Position numbers and translations under genes: made by a program
Shown: positions 30,030 through 39,686 of the stretch, in pieces
Layout of the letters: each line of letters begins with the position of its first letter
How positions within the stretch are numbered: position 1 is the first letter of the stretch
Assembly: GCA_964371585.1 (NCBI GenBank)
Contig: CAYJMD010000001.1
Coordinates: forward strand, 175,049 to 239,048
Length of the DNA stretch: 64,000 nt
Origin: an uncultured Clostridiaceae bacterium
Lineage (GTDB): Bacteria > Bacillota > Clostridia > TANB77 > CAG-465
Direction: 5' to 3'
Notes under the pieces: model-generated
What the model saw: the letters and a program-made list of their open reading frames with translations, nothing else
Databases searched by the model: none
Told to the model about the DNA's origin: nothing

Positions 30030-31139
30030 TTGCTTAAAAGCTTAATAAAAGGTACTGATTTTAAAATACTTATAACAGTAGTAATACTTTTTGTAATAGG
30101 TGTTGTTGGAATATATAGTGCTGGATATAATACAGAAATAAATAAAGATGAATATAGTAAGCAATTATTATATTTTGGTGTTATATTTATAGGAATGATA
30201 ATAGTATGGCTTGTTAATTATAATATCTTTGATGTTTTTGGTTATGGTATATATCTATTTAGTGTAATAGCCCTCATTTTAGTATTATTTACTGAAAGTA
30301 GAATGGGAGCAAATAGTTGGTTTGAGATAGGATCTTTTCTATATCAGCCATCTGAAATTATGAAACTTGGATATATAATATGTCTTGCTAAGTTACTTAG
30401 TTATTACAAGCATAAAACAGCTTTACCAAAAGATGAAATTAAAAAATATATATTAGTTGGAATTTTATTTGTAATTCCATTTGGACTTATTTTATTACAA
30501 CCAGATTTTGGTACTGCAATTGTTTATTTAATTATAACAATATTCATGTTATTTATTAGTGGAATAAAATATAGATATATAGTAGGAATATTTTTACTAA
30601 TACTTATTTTAGCTCCAGCTGTATACTTTTTTGGATTTGACGAATATCAAAAACAAAGAATAAATGTATTTTTAGATCCATCACTAGATCCACTTGGAAG
30701 TGGATATAATGCAATACAAGCTGAAATAGCTGTAGGATCAGGAATGTTATTTGGTACGGGTTTTTTAGAAGGAACACAAACTCAGCTAGGTTACCTTCCA
30801 ATTAAATCTTCAGACTTTATATTTCCAGTATTATCTGAAGAATTTGGATTTATAATGTCTACAGCTATAGTACTACTGTTTACATATTTAATTATACGTC
30901 TTATAAAACTATCTAGTGAAACAGAAGATTTATTTGCTAAATATATTATAGTAGGTATTACAGGAATGTTTTTCTTTCACTTTGTACAAAATATAGGAAT
31001 GTCACTTGGGCTTCTTCCAATAACAGGAGTACCACTTCCATTTGTTAGTTACGGTGGTAGTAATTTAATGACAAACTTAATAGCAATAGCAATAGTACTT
31101 AATATTTCTGCAAGAAAAAAAAGTAATTTTATGATGTAG
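30030..31139 (+). CDS. SEDS-family peptidoglycan polymerase (RodA/FtsW/SpoVE)
   Basis: It is a 10-TM-type protein with QPSEIMKL, LQPDFGTA, SDFIF and PLPFVSYGGSN. The TTG start follows AAAGGGGGG. Confidence 0.88.
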   Translation: MLKSLIKGTDFKILITVVILFVIGVVGIYSAGYNTEINKDEYSKQLLYFGVIFIGMIIVWLVNYNIFDVFGYGIYLFSVIALILVLFTESRMGANSWFEIGSFLYQPSEIMKLGYIICLAKLLSYYKHKTALPKDEIKKYILVGILFVIPFGLILLQPDFGTAIVYLIITIFMLFISGIKYRYIVGIFLLILILAPAVYFFGFDEYQKQRINVFLDPSLDPLGSGYNAIQAEIAVGSGMLFGTGFLEGTQTQLGYLPIKSSDFIFPVLSEEFGFIMSTAIVLLFTYLIIRLIKLSSETEDLFAKYIIVGITGMFFFHFVQNIGMSLGLLPITGVPLPFVSYGGSNLMTNLIAIAIVLNISARKKSNFMM

Positions 31140-31305
31140 AATTAATATAAGTATAAAAATAGATAATAATCAAATAATTAATAAAAAACAAAAAGAGGTG
31201 TACAATATAAGTTTACATCTCTTTTTATTATTATTAAAATTGTTGGTTTTAATTTTTTATTTAGCTTTATTTCATATAGTATAGTTGAATTTAATTTAAT
31301 TTAAT

Positions 31306-31944
31306 TTAATCTTCTTTAATTTTTATTCCTAAAACTTTTATAAATTCAATAGCTTGTTCTTTAAGCATAATTGAACCTTTTAAATCTTCAGTATATACAA
31401 TTATACCATCAGTAGTTGAACCAGATAAATCAATTTTTTTAAGTTTAGTTTTAGAAAAGTTACAATTAACTAAGACTGTATCATTTAAAGTGAATTCTTT
31501 TAATTTAGAGTTTGTGAAAATAGCATCTTTAAAATTTGAACTATTAATATTTGTTTTTATAAATATAGTTTCATCTAAATAAATATTTCTTGCTATAGTA
31601 TTTAATATTGTAACTTCCTCAAAATATGTTCTATTAAAATTTGTACCTATCAATTTAGAATCTGATATAGCTACTTTTTTAAATGTAGAATTACTAAAAT
31701 TGTTGTTTGATAAGTCACAGTTGCGTATTATACAGTTTGAAAAATATGCTTTTTCAAAATCACAGTCTATAAATGAAACATTATCTAAGACACAGTTTAT
31801 AAATTCAAAATTTTCTTTGTATATTTTGGTTATAGTTATATCTTTCAATATTACATTCTCTATATAATCTGTTTGACTTTCTACTATACTTTTAAATTCA
31901 TCATTTTCAATTAGTTTGTTATTTTCTAAATTAGTATTATTCAT
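31306..31944 (-). CDS. Pentapeptide-repeat protein, Qnr/MfpA-like in size and C-terminus
   Basis: It has continuous A(D/N)LxX-type pentapeptide repeats (FSNCIIRNCDLSNNNFSNSTFKK...). The C-terminal LKGSIMLKEQAIEFIKVLGIKI resembles the Qnr-family dimerisation tail. Confidence 0.8.
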   Translation of the reverse strand: MNNTNLENNKLIENDEFKSIVESQTDYIENVILKDITITKIYKENFEFINCVLDNVSFIDCDFEKAYFSNCIIRNCDLSNNNFSNSTFKKVAISDSKLIGTNFNRTYFEEVTILNTIARNIYLDETIFIKTNINSSNFKDAIFTNSKLKEFTLNDTVLVNCNFSKTKLKKIDLSGSTTDGIIVYTEDLKGSIMLKEQAIEFIKVLGIKIKED

Positions 31945-32141
31945 AATTACTCCTTCAATTTACAATACATATAGTATATATTTTAAAGTATTAAAAGTCA
32001 AATTTATACTTTACATTAATAATAATATTCAAATATTTAAATATCTAACTAAAAAGATAGTGCACTTTATTAAAATTACTTGATTTTAAGGTATAATAAT
32101 AGTATAATTATTATATTGAAAATGTGTAATCGGAGGAATAT

Positions 32142-32582
32142 ATGAATAATAAAAAAGGAATATCGCTAACAATTTTAATGCTTGCTGTTGCTATAATGCT
32201 TATAATAATTACAACAGTAACAGTAGTAGGTGTGCAAACTATAAATGTAGCTAATTATGAAAGTCACATAAGTAAACTTGGAAGAATGGAAGATTTAGTT
32301 AATTTATATTATTTAGAAAATGGAAATTTACCAATTTCATATATTAGTGTAGACCCAGAATCTATTTCTATAGATTTAAAAAACGAGACTATTTTAAATG
32401 GAGATGAATCAAATAAATTATTTGTAGTTAATATGAGTAATTTAAATACTTCAACTATAGATATAGGTAATGGAGAAGTTAAAAGTAATGATGTATTTGT
32501 AGTGAGTGAAAATACACATAATGTATACTATTTAAAAGGTTTTGAATATGAAGGAAAGGTTATTTATGGATCAGTTAAATAA
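32142..32582 (+). CDS. Hypothetical protein with a prepilin-like N-terminus
   Basis: MNNKKGISLTILMLAVAIMLIII resembles the class III signal (KG/hydrophobic) but has Leu instead of Glu at +5. The RBS is GGAGGA. Confidence 0.5.
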   Translation: MNNKKGISLTILMLAVAIMLIIITTVTVVGVQTINVANYESHISKLGRMEDLVNLYYLENGNLPISYISVDPESISIDLKNETILNGDESNKLFVVNMSNLNTSTIDIGNGEVKSNDVFVVSENTHNVYYLKGFEYEGKVIYGSVK

Positions 32583-33549
32583 ATATATACATGAACTTAA
32601 AATAGGAGATGTAGTAGTAAAAAATAATGTTTTTTTAGGCCCTATGGCAGGAGTAACAGATAAAGCTTTTAGAGAAATTGTACGTATGTATAAACCAGGC
32701 CTTACTTTTACTGAGATGGCAAGTTCAAAGGCTATGCAATTTGAAAGTGAAAAAACATCTAAACTACTTGAAATATTAGAAGGGGAAAGACCGTCTGTAG
32801 TACAAATATTTGGAAGTAATGCAGAGGTTATATGCAGTACAATAAAAAAATTAAATGAAAATGAAGATATTGACATTATAGATATAAATATGGGATGTCC
32901 TGCTCCTAAGCTTGTTAAAAATGGTGATGGTGCTGGACTATTGCTTAATCTAGATAATGTTAAATTAATATTAGAAAGTGCTGTTAAAGTTTCTAAAAAA
33001 CCTATAACAGTAAAGACTAGAAAAGGATTTAATGATGACAAGATAACTGCTGTTGAAGTTGCAAAAATTGCTGAAAAAGCAGGAGTGAAAATGATTACAA
33101 TTCATGGTAGAACAAGAGAAGAATACTACACTGGAGTAGCAGATCTTGAAATTATTAAAGCTGTTAAAGAAGCAGTAAGTATTCCAGTAATTGGAAATGG
33201 TGACGTTACAGATGTTAAATCTGCACTTCATATGTTTGAATATACTAAATGTGATGGGATAATGATAGCTAGAGGGTCACTTGGTAATCCATTTGTATTT
33301 AAGAGTATAATACAGTGTGATGAAAACTATATACCAACAAATAAAGAAAAATATGAGGTTATGAGAAAACATATTGAACTTGCTTGTAAATATGAAGGTG
33401 AAAAAATAAGTAGATTAAAACTTAGAAAACATATGGCTTGGTATTTGAAGGGTATAAAAAATAGTGCTGAATATAGAGATAGAATTAATAAGTCAGAATC
33501 TACAGAAGAAATTATAACAATAATAGAGGAAGCTTTAGATGTTAAATAA
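32566..33549 (+). CDS. dusB: tRNA-dihydrouridine synthase
   Basis: Motifs present are LGPMAGVTDKAFR, DINMGCPAPK and HGRTREE. The ATG at 32566 follows GAAAGG. Confidence 0.9.
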   Translation: MDQLNKYIHELKIGDVVVKNNVFLGPMAGVTDKAFREIVRMYKPGLTFTEMASSKAMQFESEKTSKLLEILEGERPSVVQIFGSNAEVICSTIKKLNENEDIDIIDINMGCPAPKLVKNGDGAGLLLNLDNVKLILESAVKVSKKPITVKTRKGFNDDKITAVEVAKIAEKAGVKMITIHGRTREEYYTGVADLEIIKAVKEAVSIPVIGNGDVTDVKSALHMFEYTKCDGIMIARGSLGNPFVFKSIIQCDENYIPTNKEKYEVMRKHIELACKYEGEKISRLKLRKHMAWYLKGIKNSAEYRDRINKSESTEEIITIIEEALDVK

Positions 33550-34309
33550 AGAAGATATACTTAAATCATATAGAATGGATGATAAAATATTTGTAAGTAG
33601 AATACTAGATAAGATAATAAAATGTGAAAAGTTAAATATGACTGTTATTACTGATTTTTTAGATATTAACGAAACAAATATAGCAATTAGTTTGCTTAAT
33701 AAATTTAAAATTAAGTATAAAGTATTTGATATAGATAATCTTTTAGAAAGAAAAGTTATAGCGCTGTATGCTTCATATGAAGAAGATTATAATTTTGATG
33801 AAGTAAAATGTCTTAAAGTAATTCCAAAAACAAAAGAAAAGTTAAAACATAAAGATTATATGGGAATGTTATATAATAGTGGTATTAATCCATCTAAACT
33901 TGGAGATATTTTTGTGATTGATGATATAGGATATATATTTGCTATAGATACAATTGCTGAATTTATTAAATTAAATATTTCTCTTGTAGGAAATGTCAAA
34001 GTACAGATAGAAGAAATACTTATTCAAGATTTAAATATTAGTAGAACGTTTGAAACTAAAACTACTACTTCAGCTTCACTTAGATTTGATAGTGTAGTTG
34101 CAAGTATTTTTAACCTATCTAGATCTGAGGCAGATAAAAAGATTTCAAAAGGTGATTTGATAGTTAATAGTATTAGACAGTTAAATAAGGTAAAAGAAAT
34201 AAAAGAGTCTGATATAATATCATTTAAAAAATTCGGTAAAGTTAGAATTATAGATTTTGTTTTAAATAAAAAAGATAGATATATAATAAAATTTGATATA
34301 TACAAATAA
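33539..34309 (+). CDS. S4-domain RNA-binding protein (YlmH-like)
   Basis: It has a C-terminal S4 domain (RFDSVVASIFNLSRSEADKKISKGDLIVN). Size and layout match YlmH-type proteins. Confidence 0.7.
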   Translation: MLNKEDILKSYRMDDKIFVSRILDKIIKCEKLNMTVITDFLDINETNIAISLLNKFKIKYKVFDIDNLLERKVIALYASYEEDYNFDEVKCLKVIPKTKEKLKHKDYMGMLYNSGINPSKLGDIFVIDDIGYIFAIDTIAEFIKLNISLVGNVKVQIEEILIQDLNISRTFETKTTTSASLRFDSVVASIFNLSRSEADKKISKGDLIVNSIRQLNKVKEIKESDIISFKKFGKVRIIDFVLNKKDRYIIKFDIYK

Positions 34310-34322
34310 GAGGGTTAGATAT

Positions 34323-34956
34323 ATGAAAAAAATAAAAAATATGAAAGAATATATTATTAGAAATGAAGTTAATATAATAGTTGTTTTAGTTATACTTATT
34401 GCTAGTATTATATTAATGATAGGTATGGATCATGTACTTATGTTAGATGAGTATGTAAAAGATAATATGACAATGTACAGAGATATGCAATATAAGGATA
34501 CAATGCTTATATTAACAGATGTAATATCTGTATATATTCCTATAGCATTATCAGCAATATTTTTAGTGTTAGGTATCAAAAATAAAGAATATTTAAACAT
34601 TCCCTTTAATTTAGGCCTTGCAACAGCTTTAAATATTGTAATAAAAGAAATAGTAAAAAGACCACGTCAATTAGAAGGTATCAAAGAATTTTTTGGATAT
34701 AGTTTTCCTTCTCGGACATGCCATGGTAGCTATAACTTTTTATGGACTATTAATATACTTACTTATGAAACATGTAAAGAACTTACATATTAAAATGATA
34801 ATGACAACTATCGCAATTAATCTTATGGTTATAGCTTGTTATACTAGAATATATTTAGGAGCACATTATGTAAGTGATATTTTAGGCTCAATAATCATTA
34901 GTACACTATATCTAGTAATATATATTAATATAATAAAAATGGTAAGAAAAAACTAA
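34323..34956 (+). pseudogene. PAP2-family phosphatase disrupted by a 1-nt frameshift
   Basis: ORFs 34293-34793 and 34693-34956 are two frames of one gene. KEIVKRPR (C1) is in frame 1. The PSGH motif reads FPS|RTCH in frame 1 but GHAMVAITFYG in the next frame. TRIYLGAHYVSDIL (C3) is in frame 2. Removing one nt near 34713 restores GYSFPSGHAM. Confidence 0.85.
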
Positions 34957-34983
34957 ATTAAAATAAAATAGAAATGGAGAAAA

Positions 34984-36297
34984 ATGAAAGTAGCATTTTA
35001 TACACTTGGGTGTAAAGTAAATCAATATGAAACAAATTTAATGACACAGCAATTTATTGAAGCTGGATATGATGTAGCACAATTTGATGATAAAGCAGAT
35101 GTATATGTAATTAACTCGTGTTCAGTTACAAATTTATCTACACGTAAATCAAGACAAGCAGTAAGTAAAGCTAAAAAAAATAATCAAAACAGTGTAGTTG
35201 TACTTGTAGGTTGTTATACAGAAGAACTTGGTTTTACAAATTCTGAGTATAAACTATATGATCTTGCACTTGGTAATGAAGAGAAAAAAGATATAATAAA
35301 ATATATAGAAGAATTTAAAAATAATAATGTTAAAAACTTAGATGTAACAGGAACATTAAAAATAAAAGAAGAGATCGGCAGTGTTAAAAGATATGTACAA
35401 AAAAAATCATTAACTCTAGCTAAAAATATACGCGAAAGTATTAAAATTGAAGATGGCTGTGACAATTTTTGTTCATATTGTATAATACCATATACAAGAG
35501 GTAGAGTAAGAAGCAGAGATTTAAATGAAATAATAACAGAGGTTCAAAATCTTGCTAAAAAATCAGTTAAAGAAATCGTTTTAGTTGGTATAGAAATTGC
35601 TTCATATGGTAAAGATATAAATGAAGAATATACACTTATAGATGTTATAGAAAAAGTAAATAAAGTAGAAGGAATTGAAAGAATTAGACTTGGATCTATA
35701 GAGCCAAGATGGCTTACAGATGAAAATATAAAAAGATTAAGTAATGTAAGTAAACTGTGTCCTCATTTTCATTTATCTATACAAAGTTTAAGTGATACAG
35801 TTCTTAAAAGAATGAATAGAAAATATACTTCGAAATATATTTTAGAGCTTGTTAATAAATTAAAAAGTACATTTAAAGATTCAGCTATAACTACTGATAT
35901 AATAGTAGGATATATTGATGAAACTGATGAGGAATTTGAAAGTACATATAAACTTTCTAAAGAAATAGGTTTTAGTGATATGCATATATTTAAGTTTTCA
36001 AAAAGAGAACATACAAGAGCATATAATCTACCAAATAGCGTATCACCTAAAGAGGCCACGCTAAGAAGTAATAGATTGATTAGTTTAAGTAAAACAATGA
36101 AAGATAATTACTTAAACTTAATGCTTGGAAATAAATATAGTATATTAGTTGAAGAGTTTAAAGATGGATATATATATGGTTATACTAATAATTACGTAAA
36201 AGTAAAAGCATTAGGAGAGGAAGATTTATGGGGAAAAATAGTAGATTTAGAATTGATCTCAATAGAAGGAGAATTGATCTTAGGCAAGTTAGTTTAA
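34984..36297 (+). CDS. mtaB: tRNA methylthiotransferase (MtaB-like radical SAM)
   Basis: The N-terminal UPF0004 domain begins TLGCKVNQYE. The radical SAM motif is CDNFCSYCIIP and a C-terminal TRAM-like domain follows. Confidence 0.88.
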   Translation: MKVAFYTLGCKVNQYETNLMTQQFIEAGYDVAQFDDKADVYVINSCSVTNLSTRKSRQAVSKAKKNNQNSVVVLVGCYTEELGFTNSEYKLYDLALGNEEKKDIIKYIEEFKNNNVKNLDVTGTLKIKEEIGSVKRYVQKKSLTLAKNIRESIKIEDGCDNFCSYCIIPYTRGRVRSRDLNEIITEVQNLAKKSVKEIVLVGIEIASYGKDINEEYTLIDVIEKVNKVEGIERIRLGSIEPRWLTDENIKRLSNVSKLCPHFHLSIQSLSDTVLKRMNRKYTSKYILELVNKLKSTFKDSAITTDIIVGYIDETDEEFESTYKLSKEIGFSDMHIFKFSKREHTRAYNLPNSVSPKEATLRSNRLISLSKTMKDNYLNLMLGNKYSILVEEFKDGYIYGYTNNYVKVKALGEEDLWGKIVDLELISIEGELILGKLV

Positions 36298-37484
36298 AAA
36301 AAGTTATAATTATTTCAACATTGTGTATATGTTTTATAATACTTGGAGTTTCAACTTTTATTTATTTTGATTTAAAAGGCGAATCATCACAAGTAGCCTT
36401 AAATAATACAAATATTAATGATAATGAATATGATGCTAATTTAAATACTGAAAATGATGTTAATATATATGATGATGAAAAAATAGATGAGTTATTAGAT
36501 GTTGATATTAATACTGTACCTGAGCCATTAGAAGAAAAAACTAATGTTGTTACAATGACTGTTTTAGGCGAAATGATGATGGGTGGAGCAGTTACTAAAA
36601 ATTTAAGTTATAATTATAATTTAGCATTTTCAGATATATATGCTTATACAAGAGATGCAGATTTTACTTATGCAACTTTTCCAACTTCTATTACAACATT
36701 AAATGAAATTGTAAGTGCTAAAAGTAATTATATAGTTACTAAAGATATACTAAATGCTCTATCAGGACTAGGAGTAGATGTTGTAACTTTAGCATCGGAT
36801 CATATGACCGATTTTACAAAAAATATATTTAATAGTACTATTAGTACTTTAGGCGAATATGATTTTACAGTAGCAGGACTTTATGATAATATTGTGTACA
36901 TGCAAGAAAACGATAAAAAAATAGCAATAATATCTTCTACTAGTGCATATTTAAATTCTAAATCTGAATATGAAGATTTTAATATTAATATTTATGATGA
37001 AGATAAAATAAAAAGAGATATCGAAACTGCTAAAGAAAATGCAGATTTTGTCATAGTTGATTTTCATTTTGGTAAAGAATCTGAAGATGTGGTAACAACA
37101 GAAATGCAAAAAATGGCAAAGCATGCTGTAGATTGTGGAGCAGATTTGATTTTAGGTTCACATAGTTTAGGAGCTAAACCAGTAACAATGTATAAAGACA
37201 CACCAATAATATATTCAGTAGGTTATTTAATTACAGATGCAGAAAGAGATGAATCTAAAGAGTCGTATATATATAATATAACTATTGATGAAAATAATAA
37301 AGTTGAAGAAATAGAGATGATACCTATATATATAGCAGATAAAAAGGCTACTGTTATGTATGCAGATTATGACTATGAAGCTTGTAAAAAATATAATGAA
37401 GAAAATTTAAGTGTTATGCTTAAAAATGATATTGAAGCTAAAATATTAAATGATAAAATAATTGTTACTCCTAGTTATGAGTAA
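36228..37484 (+). CDS. CapA/PGA_cap-family membrane-anchored protein with degenerate metallophosphatase motifs
   Basis: It has a TM anchor and recognisable but substituted family motifs: LGEMMMGG, ASDHMTDF, FHFGKES, GSHSLGAKP and YSVGYL. The ATG at 36228 has GGAGAGGA upstream and overlaps mtaB by 70 nt. Confidence 0.6.
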   Translation: MGKNSRFRIDLNRRRIDLRQVSLKKVIIISTLCICFIILGVSTFIYFDLKGESSQVALNNTNINDNEYDANLNTENDVNIYDDEKIDELLDVDINTVPEPLEEKTNVVTMTVLGEMMMGGAVTKNLSYNYNLAFSDIYAYTRDADFTYATFPTSITTLNEIVSAKSNYIVTKDILNALSGLGVDVVTLASDHMTDFTKNIFNSTISTLGEYDFTVAGLYDNIVYMQENDKKIAIISSTSAYLNSKSEYEDFNINIYDEDKIKRDIETAKENADFVIVDFHFGKESEDVVTTEMQKMAKHAVDCGADLILGSHSLGAKPVTMYKDTPIIYSVGYLITDAERDESKESYIYNITIDENNKVEEIEMIPIYIADKKATVMYADYDYEACKKYNEENLSVMLKNDIEAKILNDKIIVTPSYE

Positions 37485-37670
37485 TAAGTTAGTATAAATA
37501 AAATTATAAAATTGATAAATAGTAGATTAAATATTATCTACTATTTTTTATTTTCTAAAATACAATTATATAGTAATCTTCTCTTAGAATATGGCGTAAA
37601 AATTTGATTTTTAAGTGATTAAAGTGTATAATAGTAGATATAAGAATTAAAGGAGGATTTAATTGATAAT

Positions 37671-37931
37671 ATGAAAAAAATATTTGCAATATTATTCATT
37701 GTAATAATGACAATGCTTGGTTGTATAATTGGAGAAAGTTTAGCATCAAGTTCATACTTAAGCTGGCTTTCAATAGGTGGTAACATAGGTTTTCAGGAAC
37801 CATTTATACTTGATCTTGCTTTCCTTGAACTTACTTTTGGAATATGGTGTAAAATAAATGTATGTGGGGTACTTTTTTTAATCATAGGTTCAATGTTGTC
37901 ATCTAAGATGACTAAGTGGGTTAAAATATAA
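37671..37931 (+). CDS. DUF4321-family small membrane protein
   Basis: The sequence GCIIGESL...LSIGGNIGFQEPFILDLAFLELTFGIWCKINVCGVLFLIIG matches the family pattern. It sits in the usual position upstream of radC/mreB in Clostridia. Confidence 0.7.
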   Translation: MKKIFAILFIVIMTMLGCIIGESLASSSYLSWLSIGGNIGFQEPFILDLAFLELTFGIWCKINVCGVLFLIIGSMLSSKMTKWVKI

Positions 37932-38611
37932 AACATTTACCACTGGAAGATAGACCTTATGAAAAATTAGAAAAGCTTGGAGAGGAATATTTAACTAATT
38001 CTGAACTCCTAGCTATAATTATAAAAACAGGAACAAAAACCAAAAGTTGTTTAGATATTTCAAGAGAAATATTACAAACAAACTTAGAAAATATTAATGA
38101 ACTTGAATACTTATCTAATATGAGTATTAACACTCTTAAAAGATTCGAAGGAATTGGTAGAGTTAAAGCTATACAAATAAAAGCTACAATAGAACTTTCT
38201 AAGAGATTAGCTAAAGTGGTTAGTGTAGCTAAAATAAAAGTAACAAGTCCTAAAGTAATATTTAATGTTTTAAACGAAACATTTACAAATAAGAAACAAG
38301 AAATAATTAAGACAGTAATTTTAGATAGAGCAAATAATATCTTATCTATAAATACAAATGCTATTGGAACCACTTCAAATGTAAATATTGGTATAAAAGA
38401 AATACTTTCAGAACCAATAAAACAGATGGCAAGTAGTATAATACTTGTACATAATCATCCAAGTGGTAATTTAACTCCAAGTAAACAAGATATATTATTT
38501 ACTACTAAAATAAAAGAATATGCAAAAATATTTAATATTGAACTTTTAGACCATATTATAATTGGTAAAAATGATTATATAAGTTTAAAAGAAACAGGAC
38601 ATATGACGTAA
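37928..38611 (+). CDS. radC: RadC-family JAMM protein; start codon unresolved
   Basis: The JAMM motif HNHPSGNLTPSKQD is present. The frame is open from 37925 and encodes the canonical RadC N-terminus IKHLPLEDRPYEKL...SELLAIIIKTGTK. The first ATG/GTG/TTG in frame is only at 38120. ATA at 37928 is the nearest near-cognate codon. Confidence 0.8.
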   Translation: MKHLPLEDRPYEKLEKLGEEYLTNSELLAIIIKTGTKTKSCLDISREILQTNLENINELEYLSNMSINTLKRFEGIGRVKAIQIKATIELSKRLAKVVSVAKIKVTSPKVIFNVLNETFTNKKQEIIKTVILDRANNILSINTNAIGTTSNVNIGIKEILSEPIKQMASSIILVHNHPSGNLTPSKQDILFTTKIKEYAKIFNIELLDHIIIGKNDYISLKETGHMT

Positions 38612-38624
38612 AGGGGAATTTTGT

Positions 38625-39641
38625 ATGAGAATAATATCAAAAGACATAGGAATAGATTTAGGAACATCAAATGTTCGTATATTTATCAAGGGCAAAGGTG
38701 TAGTGCTTACAGAGCCAACAGTTGTTGCAATTAATAAAATTACAGGAGAAGTTTTAGCTGCTGGATCTGCCGCAAAAGAAATGTTTGGTAGAACTCCTGA
38801 TACAATAATTGCTGTTAAGCCTTTAAAAGAAGGTGTTATAGCAGATTTTGATTGTACAAGAATGCTTATTGAATCATTACTTTCTAAAGTTGTTAAAAAA
38901 AGTATATTTTCTAAACCAAGAATTGCTGTAGCAATACCTTGTAGTATTACAGATGTTGAAGAAAGAGCTGTTGAAGGTGTTTTATACAAAGCTGGGGCTA
39001 AAGAAGTATACTTAGTAGAAAAAATAGTTGCTGCTTCTATTGGAGCTAAAGTGAATTTAGAAAAACCAGAAGGAAGTATGATTATTGATATAGGTGCAGG
39101 TACAACAGAAGTTTCTGTAATGTCACTTGGTGGTATTGTAGTTTCTAAATCTGCTAGAATAGGTGGAGAAAATTTTGATAGAGATATAGTTGATTATATG
39201 AAGAATAGATACAATGTCTCTATTAGTTTAATAGATGCAGAAAATGTAAAGAAACAGATAGCATCAGCTTATGAGACTATGACTGAGGATAGAACTACAA
39301 TAAAATGTAGAAATTTAGGTACAGGACTACCTGAGGATATAACAATTACAACTAAAGATATTAAAGAAGCAATTGATGACACATTAAATAGAATATTAAA
39401 AGTAATTAAAGAAACTTTAGAAGTTACACCTCCTGAACTTGCAGGTGATATTATGAGTAATGGTATTACAATAACAGGAGGAAGTGCTAATATAGGTGAT
39501 TTAGATAGATATTTATCAGAAGAGCTTGGAATACCAGTACAAATAGCTACCAATGCTGATAATATGGTTATAAAAGGTTTAGGTCTTACACTTGAAAATA
39601 TTCAAGTTCTTAAAAAATCTGTGAAGACTAAAAAGAGATAA
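38625..39641 (+). CDS. mreB: Rod shape-determining protein MreB
   Basis: Motifs present are IGIDLGTSNVRIF, EPTVVA and IIDIGAGTTEVSV. It lies in an mreBCD operon. Confidence 0.95.
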   Translation: MRIISKDIGIDLGTSNVRIFIKGKGVVLTEPTVVAINKITGEVLAAGSAAKEMFGRTPDTIIAVKPLKEGVIADFDCTRMLIESLLSKVVKKSIFSKPRIAVAIPCSITDVEERAVEGVLYKAGAKEVYLVEKIVAASIGAKVNLEKPEGSMIIDIGAGTTEVSVMSLGGIVVSKSARIGGENFDRDIVDYMKNRYNVSISLIDAENVKKQIASAYETMTEDRTTIKCRNLGTGLPEDITITTKDIKEAIDDTLNRILKVIKETLEVTPPELAGDIMSNGITITGGSANIGDLDRYLSEELGIPVQIATNADNMVIKGLGLTLENIQVLKKSVKTKKR

Positions 39642-39686
39642 TAAATATACAGTAATTGCCAATAATAAAATAAAGGAGTACTTAAA

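Noticed and set aside
31289-31312. A short pentanucleotide tandem repeat, (ATTTA)x4, at the 3' end of the pentapeptide-repeat gene.
   Set aside because: It has only about four units in a very AT-rich intergenic region and it overlaps the stop codon region. It most likely has no function, and it is too short for a phase-variation claim without population data.
34293-34956. Treating 34293-34793 and 34693-34956 as two separate overlapping genes.
   Set aside because: The three PAP2 motifs are distributed across the two frames and join perfectly after removing one nucleotide, so this is a single frameshifted gene. I saw no slippery heptamer or stimulatory structure, so I did not call it programmed frameshifting.
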